Program-made: the position numbers and the translations under genes | Notes under the pieces: generated by a model | What the model was told of the DNA's origin: nothing | Databases searched by the model: none | What the model saw: only the letters and a program-made list of their open reading frames with translations | Origin: Coriobacteriia bacterium | GTDB lineage: Bacteria > Actinomycetota > Coriobacteriia > Coriobacteriales > QAMH01 | Assembly (NCBI GenBank): GCA_003149935.1 | Contig: QAMH01000010.1 | Coordinates: 14,827 to 78,826 of the forward strand | Direction of reading: 5' to 3' | DNA: 64,000 bases | Part shown: piece by piece, positions 1 to 6,370 of the stretch | Numbering within the stretch: position 1 is the stretch's first letter | Layout of the letters: each line of letters starts with the position of its first letter

Positions 1-438
1 GCCAAAGAAGTATGCCGTGTAGTCCCGTTCCCATGCGGGAAGCTCGGTGCCGCGCTCATCGAGGATCATGAGGTTGTACTCGTAGATGATATTGGTCGCA
101 ACGCGCAAAAAGGTATCATCGACTCCGCGCATAGGGCCCACGAGCCGTATGTAGAAGTCCTTTTCGGCAAGCACCGACTGGTAGAGCTTCACGTTGAACA
201 TGACCGCATTCTCGACCGCGTAATCACGCGGGAGAAGCTCGCGCAGCTGCGACTGCGTCATCACCACGTCGCGTTTGAATATATGCGCGACCAAAGCTTC
301 CTTGTCGGTGAAGTGCACGTAGAAGGTCTTGCGTGCGATTCCCGCATCCTCGCAAATCGCCGACACCGTGATCTTCTGATAGGACATCCTGGTAAGCAGC
401 GATCTGAAGCTTTTCTCGATCCTCTCCTCGACGTTCAT
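1..438 (-). CDS. TetR/AcrR-family transcriptional regulator (C-terminus cut by window edge)
   Basis: Not in ORF track because it runs off the edge. Minus-strand translation from ATG 438-436 reads MNVEERIEKSFRSLLTRMSYQKITVSAICEDAGIARKTFYVHFTDKEALVAHIF..., a typical TetR N-terminal HTH. Confidence 0.8.
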   Translation of the reverse strand, partial: MNVEERIEKSFRSLLTRMSYQKITVSAICEDAGIARKTFYVHFTDKEALVAHIFKRDVVMTQSQLRELLPRDYAVENAVMFNVKLYQSVLAEKDFYIRLVGPMRGVDDTFLRVATNIIYEYNLMILDERGTELPAWERDYTAYFFG

Positions 439-575
439 GGCAAACCCCCATCCCCCCAACATGATGCGTATCATTATGGGGGACGGGGGCTCGCCAAAGG
501 CGCTTGATTCCAACTGCGCCATATGTTCGTCCATATCGAGGTTACAAAACCTTCAAACTGTAACCCTTCTAAGCG

Positions 576-1445
576 TTAGACCGTCGCACCGCCACCATTG
601 AAGATGGTCTGACCAGCAATGTACGTACAGGCATCCGAACACAGAAACGCAACCGTGCTCGCGACTTCCTCGGGAATGGAGACGCGCTTCAAGATGGTGT
701 CCTGCACGGTACCCACCATCGAGGCGCGTATGCCCAGATTCTCCTCGGTGGGGTTTTCGAACATGGCGCGCAGCGTCTTCTTGAACATGACGCCTGCCGC
801 AACCCCGTTGACGATGATGCCGTATTGCGCGAGTTCCCCGGCAAGCGAGCGGGTAAGGCCGTTGACGGCCGACTTGGAAGCGCCATACACGGACAGGTTC
901 ACATTGTCGGAACGCTGTGAGGCTTCCGAGGAGATGTTGATGATCTTTCCCCCACCCTGGGGAATCATGTAATCGCAGATATGACGGCAGGTGTTGATGA
1001 CGGAAACGTACGGGCCCTCGACACTCAGCTTGATCTGCTCTTCGGTAAAGTCCTTGAACGGACCGCCTGCGTTGAAGTTGGCGCTGTTCACGAGCACATC
1101 GATGCGTCCCACTTCGTCATGGATTGCTTTGAAGCACGCACCGACCTCGTCGTACTTGGTCAAATCGCAGGTAAACACCCAGGTCTTCACGCCCCAGCGC
1201 TTGGCGACCTTTTCGGCGGTGTCACGCGTGTTCTCCTCGCGACGACCTACGCAGATGACGTTGGCGCCCAGGCTGGCAACGCGATTGCATATCGCCTGAC
1301 CCAAGCATGGACCACCTGCACCTGTAACGAGGATGTTGCGTCCCGTGAGATCCATGAGCTCAATCATGGACTTGTCGATGATTTCGGTCGGTACCTTGTC
1401 CCAGCCCATCTCCTCCAAACCGTATTGCTCGACGTCTTTTACCAT
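576..1445 (-). CDS. Short-chain dehydrogenase/reductase (SDR) family oxidoreductase
   Basis: 289 aa. Rossmann motif VTGAGGPCLGQAI and catalytic YGASKSAV (YxxxK). NSAN motif present. Confidence 0.9.
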   Translation of the reverse strand: MVKDVEQYGLEEMGWDKVPTEIIDKSMIELMDLTGRNILVTGAGGPCLGQAICNRVASLGANVICVGRREENTRDTAEKVAKRWGVKTWVFTCDLTKYDEVGACFKAIHDEVGRIDVLVNSANFNAGGPFKDFTEEQIKLSVEGPYVSVINTCRHICDYMIPQGGGKIINISSEASQRSDNVNLSVYGASKSAVNGLTRSLAGELAQYGIIVNGVAAGVMFKKTLRAMFENPTEENLGIRASMVGTVQDTILKRVSIPEEVASTVAFLCSDACTYIAGQTIFNGGGATV

Positions 1446-1714
1446 AACGTCCCCCTTTCACCTGGGTTGTCAGTGGCTCCATGCTTGCCGAGCACGCTCA
1501 AACGGACAACTGGCAGTACGATGCAGCTGTCTGCGGGTGGGGAAGCGGCGCGCGCAGACGTTACGCCACGGGTGACAGATGCATGCAAATGACGATATCT
1601 GGCAATACGTCGCGCCGTCCTGAGCGAGCGCAAGCGAGTCGAAGGACGACGAGGGCTTACCTCAAACGCGTGAACAGGGCTACGTCCCCCTGTTCACGCG
1701 GCACTCCTGTCCTT

Positions 1715-1794
1715 TCGGGATTCGCCATTATTTGGTTGATGCCGATATCGGGATTCGCCATAATAGGGCCAATACCGATATCGGGATTCGCCAT
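1715..1794. repeat. 33-bp tandem repeat, about 2.4 copies, core TCGGGATTCGCCAT
   Basis: TCGGGATTCGCCAT occurs at 1715-1728, 1748-1761 and 1781-1794, exactly 33 bp apart. Copies 2 and 3 share the longer CCGATATCGGGATTCGCCAT. The last copy abuts the GGAGG RBS of the next gene. Confidence 0.9.
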
Positions 1795-1805
1795 TGGAGG
1801 CAAAG

Positions 1806-3164
1806 ATGCATCGTAACGCCATGGCTAGACTTATCGCATGGAAAGATGACCTTCGCAGAAAGCCGCTCATCATCAACGGGGCAAGGCAGGTAGGGAAGAC
1901 TTGGCTTGCGTTGGAATTCGGGAAGACTCATTTTGAGCAAGTCGCCCATGTAGTCTTTCTGGACAACGAGGAGATGCAGCGCGCTTTTGAAAGAAGCCTT
2001 GACCCAGATCGGTTGCTCACTATCATCGGTGCCGCGACAGGCACGAACCCACAATCGGGAGACGTCCTCGTCTTTCTGGATGAAATCCAAGAATGCCCCC
2101 GGGCGCTGACATCCCTCAAGCGCTTCTGCGAGGAAAGACCCGAGATTCCCGTTATCGCTGCGGGCTCCCTCCTTGGACTTGCCCTCAATCGTGCAACGGA
2201 CACAGCTCCCAATGGAGCCTCCTGGCCTGTAGGCAAAGTAAACTACCTTGACTTGCATCCAATGGCATTCGACGAGTACCTCGAAGCTCTGGGACAGGGG
2301 CAGTTCGCGGACATCCTCAGGTCAGGCGATATGGAGATGGCAGACGCCTTTCACGAGCGTCTCGAAGAACATCTGAAGACATACATGTACGTGGGGGGAA
2401 TGCCCGAGGCTGTTACGGAGTACGTGGAAAGCGGAGATTTCGAACGCGTGCGTCAAGTGCAGACAGAGCTCATCAACGGATACGAACGCGACTTTGCAAA
2501 GCACGTGCCCAACCCAACCACGACCGAGCGAATCAGGCAAACGTGGAAATCAGTCCCCAGACAACTTGCCCGTGAAAGCGACATGAAGCGCTTTACCTAT
2601 GCAGCGATAGAGGAGCATGCGCGCGGCCGTGACTATCGTGATGCAGTAGCATGGCTCATCGACGCCGGACTCGTGACGAAAGTCGAGCGCATATCGAAAC
2701 CGGGAATACCCTTGGCAGGATATGCGGACAGCTCCTATTTCAAGCTCTACCTTCTCGACATCGGATTGCTGGGTGCAATGACCTCGCTTGACGCGAGCTC
2801 CATCATCATGGGGAACAAGCTATTCACAGAGTACAAGGGTGCTTACGCAGAGCAGTACGTCTGCCAACAGCTCGTGTCAACCAATTCGTGTGTCCCCTAT
2901 TATTGGTCGGCAGATGGGAAGAACAAAAAGGGCGAAGTAGACTTCGTCGTGCAGAATGGTGCTTCGGTTTTGCCAGTCGAAGTCAAGGCCGAGGAAAACG
3001 TCAGGGGCTCAAGCATCGCCAACTTCGCAAAACGCTATGACATACAGAAATCCGTACGCTTCTCTGCTAAACCTTATAAAGACCAGGGCTGGCTTGTCAA
3101 CGTCCCCTTGAACATGGCGGAATTTCTGTTCAAGGTGCCCGCCTTGCGTGATGGTGCCATGTAA
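1806..3164 (+). CDS. AAA-family ATPase of the AAA_14/DUF4143 type
   Basis: Track ORF starts at TTG 1794. ATG 1806 sits 5 nt after GGAGG. Walker A GARQVGKTW, Walker B LVFLDEIQ. The C-terminal part is typical of DUF4143 proteins (recognition from memory). Confidence 0.8.
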   Translation: MHRNAMARLIAWKDDLRRKPLIINGARQVGKTWLALEFGKTHFEQVAHVVFLDNEEMQRAFERSLDPDRLLTIIGAATGTNPQSGDVLVFLDEIQECPRALTSLKRFCEERPEIPVIAAGSLLGLALNRATDTAPNGASWPVGKVNYLDLHPMAFDEYLEALGQGQFADILRSGDMEMADAFHERLEEHLKTYMYVGGMPEAVTEYVESGDFERVRQVQTELINGYERDFAKHVPNPTTTERIRQTWKSVPRQLARESDMKRFTYAAIEEHARGRDYRDAVAWLIDAGLVTKVERISKPGIPLAGYADSSYFKLYLLDIGLLGAMTSLDASSIIMGNKLFTEYKGAYAEQYVCQQLVSTNSCVPYYWSADGKNKKGEVDFVVQNGASVLPVEVKAEENVRGSSIANFAKRYDIQKSVRFSAKPYKDQGWLVNVPLNMAEFLFKVPALRDGAM

Positions 3165-3196
3165 AAGCCATGCCACTCCTGGGACATATGCTATAT

Positions 3197-3210
3197 AGAA
3201 CACATGTTCG
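3197..3210. promoter_or_regulatory. LexA (Cheo/SOS) box-like palindrome AGAACACATGTTCG overlapping the putative -35 of the sngABC-like operon
   Basis: GAAC-N4-GTTC perfect dyad. One mismatch to the Gram-positive consensus CGAAC-N4-GTTCG. TATACT (-10-like) lies at 3219-3224 and the operon start at 3271. Confidence 0.3.
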
Positions 3211-3270
3211 CTTTCGTGTATACTCGTATGCCTGACCTTGATGGCTCACGGCAGGCGGAAAGGAGACAGC

Positions 3271-5010
3271 ATGGCGCAACGCTCGGCACGGCAGATGAGC
3301 GTCGACGAGCTGCGCACGCAGATCTCCCAGCGCCTGCGCTCCAATGCCGCCTTTAGCAAAACCGTCTACCAAGACCAGCCCATCATCATGACGGGTAGCC
3401 AGCTCAAGAGCTTCGTGCCGGATGCCATCCGCGAGGCCCGCCAGCTCGCGAAGCAGGGTTACGCACGTAATCTCAGCGTCGTCGACGTCTTTTACGAGCA
3501 AGCGCGGCTCCTTGCCGGTTACGAGGACGACTTCGAATTCATCGGCACGTTTTCGCATTACTACCCCAGCTACGAGGACATGAGCAACGAGCAGCTACGC
3601 GGCTATTTTGCGTGGCGCACCAAGGTACGTCACGGCAACATCGAGCAAGGCTCGCTCTCCTTTGCCTACGTCTACCTCTACGAGCTTATCAACCTCATCG
3701 GCGTCTCAAGCGCGCAGGACGCCTATGACACGCTGCTCGCCTTCGGCACGGCGTACCGCCGCTTCGACACGCGCTTCGGCCAGCTCTTCGATACCTGGCT
3801 CGATGATTTCGTCATCTACTACGGCCTGGATGCAGGCTTGCTGCGCACGCGCTCGTTCGCCAAGCGCGATGCCGCCTTCGACGTGCTGCTGCACCATGAG
3901 ATGCATGCGGAAGGCGAGCTCTTCGATGCGCTTGTCACACTCAGTGGCTATGCGATCATGGACTCCCCCTTCTTCGTCGAGCACGAAGCCGAGCTGCGCC
4001 ACCTCGTTGCGCATGCCTACCGAGCTGCCGCCCAGCATCACGCCAAGCTCAAGACCACGCTACCCGCCAAGCTTGCCGGACGCCTCAAGAACGAACGCCT
4101 CTGGCTGTTCGAACGGGCCGTCTTCGCCAACCCACTCAACATTACAAGCGCCGAGTACCAGATCAGTCCCCACGACACCGTCTATTGTCGGGGCGCAGCC
4201 TGGTTCCGCACGCGCTACGAGAATCTCGAATATCCAATCCCCTGGGTCACCCAGCTGCTCGAGACTTGCGAGTGCATTCTGCGCGATGTCTACGCATACC
4301 CCAACACGCTCGAGCGCAAGCTCACAACCAAGTACCTGCTCAAGGCCGTCGAGACGCGGGCAAGTGAGCTCGCCGAGGAGACACGCCTGCGCGAGGAACG
4401 GGCCGTGCATATCGATTTTTCGCAGCTCGACCACATCCGCAAAGCAGCGAATGAGACCTGCGAGAAGCTCATCGTGGAGGAAGGGGAAGGGATTTCTCCA
4501 CTCCGCGGCCTTGCGGCCGCTCCGGTCGAAATGACAATAGGGAACGGCGTCCCTGCTGTCATTTCGAGCGTGCGAAGCGAGTCGAGAAATCCTTCCGCCC
4601 CTGCTGCCATTTCGAGCGAAGCGAACGAAGTGAGCGCAGTCGAGAAATCTCGACCCTTACGTTCTGCCTGCTGTGGCGAGGGAGATTTCTCCACTCCGGC
4701 GCTTCGCGCCTCCGGTCGAAATGACAACGGGAGCAGCCCATCCGCCCTCGGTCGAAATGACAGGGGGGACGGCCCATCCGCACCCTCGCTTTCCCCCAAA
4801 GAAATCGAACTTGTCGCATGCCTGCTCTCCGGCGGCTCGGTGCGCGAGTTCGAGCGCGCGCATGCCTGCATGGCATCCGTGCTCGTCGACTCCATCAACG
4901 ACAAGCTCTACGACGAGTTCGCCGATATCTGCATAGACGCCACCGGCGACGAGCCCGCCATCATCGAAGACTACGCCCCCGAGCTGCGCACGCTGCTCGG
5001 CCTGTCCTGA
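3271..5010 (+). CDS. sngA: TerB-N/TerB-C domain protein, Shango SngA-like
   Basis: Track ORF starts at TTG 3238. ATG 3271 follows AAGGAG by 6 nt. The N-terminal block MSNEQLRGYFAWRTKVRHGNIEQGSLSFAYVYLYELINLIG matches the TerB-N pattern. The C-terminal blocks IDFSQLDHIRKAANETCEKL and LVDSINDKLYDEFADICIDATGDEP match TerB-C style segments (memory). Confidence 0.7.
   Translation: MAQRSARQMSVDELRTQISQRLRSNAAFSKTVYQDQPIIMTGSQLKSFVPDAIREARQLAKQGYARNLSVVDVFYEQARLLAGYEDDFEFIGTFSHYYPSYEDMSNEQLRGYFAWRTKVRHGNIEQGSLSFAYVYLYELINLIGVSSAQDAYDTLLAFGTAYRRFDTRFGQLFDTWLDDFVIYYGLDAGLLRTRSFAKRDAAFDVLLHHEMHAEGELFDALVTLSGYAIMDSPFFVEHEAELRHLVAHAYRAAAQHHAKLKTTLPAKLAGRLKNERLWLFERAVFANPLNITSAEYQISPHDTVYCRGAAWFRTRYENLEYPIPWVTQLLETCECILRDVYAYPNTLERKLTTKYLLKAVETRASELAEETRLREERAVHIDFSQLDHIRKAANETCEKLIVEEGEGISPLRGLAAAPVEMTIGNGVPAVISSVRSESRNPSAPAAISSEANEVSAVEKSRPLRSACCGEGDFSTPALRASGRNDNGSSPSALGRNDRGDGPSAPSLSPKEIELVACLLSGGSVREFERAHACMASVLVDSINDKLYDEFADICIDATGDEPAIIEDYAPELRTLLGLS
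4489..4762. repeat. Cluster of 5 F1-family short repeats (TGTCATTTCGAGCG...GTCGAGAAATC and its inverse GAGATTTCTCC...GGTCGAAATGACA) lying in frame inside sngA-like CDS
   Basis: Units at 4489-4536 (inverse), 4557-4592, 4605-4652 (forward), 4681-4726 and 4745-4762 (inverse). The same family forms the intergenic array at 25612-25896. Confidence 0.85.
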
Positions 5011-5020
5011 AGGAGCTGTC

Positions 5021-6367
5021 ATGGCCACCAAGATCCCCAAACGCATCGCATCGACCGTGCTCAACTCCCTTAAGGGCGGCGTCGTGCCACGTGTCGGCCT
5101 GCCCTACGTCGCGGTCGGTCGTGAGGCGGAGATCGATGCGCTGCTCCACGACGTCGACATCATCGCCGACGGCGGGGCAACCTTCCGCTTCATCGTCGGC
5201 AAATACGGAAGCGGCAAGAGCTTCCTGCTGCAAACCATCCGCAACTATGCGATGGATCGTAACTTCGTCGTCGTCGATGCCGACCTCTCCCCCGAGCGCC
5301 GTCTCCAGGGCAGCCACGGCCAGGGCCTTGCCACCTACAAGGAGCTCATCCGCAACATGTCGACCAAGACACGCCCCGAAGGTGGCGCGCTCACGCTCAT
5401 CCTCGATCGTTGGATTTCGAGCGTGCAGCAAGACGTGCTTGCCGAAGGGCTCGAGCCCGGTACGGAAGCTTTCGCGCAGCGTGTCGAGATGCGCATCCAC
5501 GAAGTGGTGAGCACGCTCTCGGAGCTCGTGCACGGCTTTGACTTCGCGCAGCTGCTCGTCATGTACTACCGCGCCTACGTCAACGATGACGAGGACACCA
5601 AAGCCAAGGTCATCAAATGGTTCAGGGGCGAATACGCCAACAAGACCGAGGCCAAGACCGAGCTCGGCATCCGCATCGTCATCTCCGACGACGATTGGTA
5701 CGAGTACATCAAGCTTTTCGCATCCTTCCTCGTGCAAGCGGGCTACGCCGGGTTGCTCGTGCTCATCGACGAGCTCGTGAACATCTACAAGGTGCCCAAC
5801 TCCATCACGCGCCAGTACAACTACGAGAAGATCCTCACGATGTACAACGATACGCTGCAGGGTAAGGCGCAGCATCTGGGCATCATCATGGGTGGCACGC
5901 CCCAGTGCGTCGAGGACAAGCGCCGTGGCGTCTACTCGTACGAGGCACTGCGCAGCCGTCTGGCCGAAGGGCGCTTCGCCAGCCAGCAATACAAGGACAT
6001 GCTCGCCCCCATCATCCGTCTCGTGCCACTCACGCACGAGGAGCTCTTCGTACTCGCCGAGAAGCTCACCGCCATCCACGCGCAGCTCTTCGATTACGAG
6101 CCACGCCTGACCGACGATCAGCTCGTCCAGTTCATCAAGACGGAGTTCGAGCGTGTGGGAGCAACCACGCACATCACGCCCCGCGAGGTCATCCGCGATT
6201 TCATCGAGCTGCTCGACATCATGTACCAGAATCCCGACGCGCAGATGGACGAGCTGCTGGCAAGCGAAGCATTCACCAGCGCCATTGCGCCCGATGCTTC
6301 GAGTAACGTGAGCGTGGCTGCCGAGACAAGCGACCGGCAAGAGAACTTCTTCGAGTTCACGCTCTAG
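5021..6367 (+). CDS. sngB: P-loop ATPase of the DUF2791 (BrxC/BrxD-like) family, Shango SngB-like
   Basis: 448 aa. Walker A GKYGSGKSF, Walker B LLVLIDELV. Starts 10 nt after the sngA-like stop. Confidence 0.75.
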   Translation: MATKIPKRIASTVLNSLKGGVVPRVGLPYVAVGREAEIDALLHDVDIIADGGATFRFIVGKYGSGKSFLLQTIRNYAMDRNFVVVDADLSPERRLQGSHGQGLATYKELIRNMSTKTRPEGGALTLILDRWISSVQQDVLAEGLEPGTEAFAQRVEMRIHEVVSTLSELVHGFDFAQLLVMYYRAYVNDDEDTKAKVIKWFRGEYANKTEAKTELGIRIVISDDDWYEYIKLFASFLVQAGYAGLLVLIDELVNIYKVPNSITRQYNYEKILTMYNDTLQGKAQHLGIIMGGTPQCVEDKRRGVYSYEALRSRLAEGRFASQQYKDMLAPIIRLVPLTHEELFVLAEKLTAIHAQLFDYEPRLTDDQLVQFIKTEFERVGATTHITPREVIRDFIELLDIMYQNPDAQMDELLASEAFTSAIAPDASSNVSVAAETSDRQENFFEFTL

Positions 6368-6370
6368 GCG

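Noticed and set aside
4489-4762. Interpreting the repeat-filled segment of the TerB gene as a gene break (two separate genes or a pseudogene)
   Set aside because: The frame stays open across the whole array, and recognisable TerB-C-type segments lie on both sides in the same frame. An intact but repeat-expanded gene is therefore the simpler reading, though loss of function cannot be excluded.
4961-6340. 459-aa minus-strand ORF antisense to the sngB-like ATPase, and similar antisense or alternate-frame ORFs (3608-4534, 6387-7520, 7162-8523, 17644-18666, 20861-22387, 22371-23363, 24392-25552, 27402-28373, 33617-35128, 37002-37970, 39000-39974, 42819-44486, 48127-49521, 54147-55883, 62268-63806)
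   Set aside because: All overlap genes with clear family signatures in another frame or strand. All have the R/P/A/S/H-rich composition expected from out-of-frame reading of GC-rich codons.
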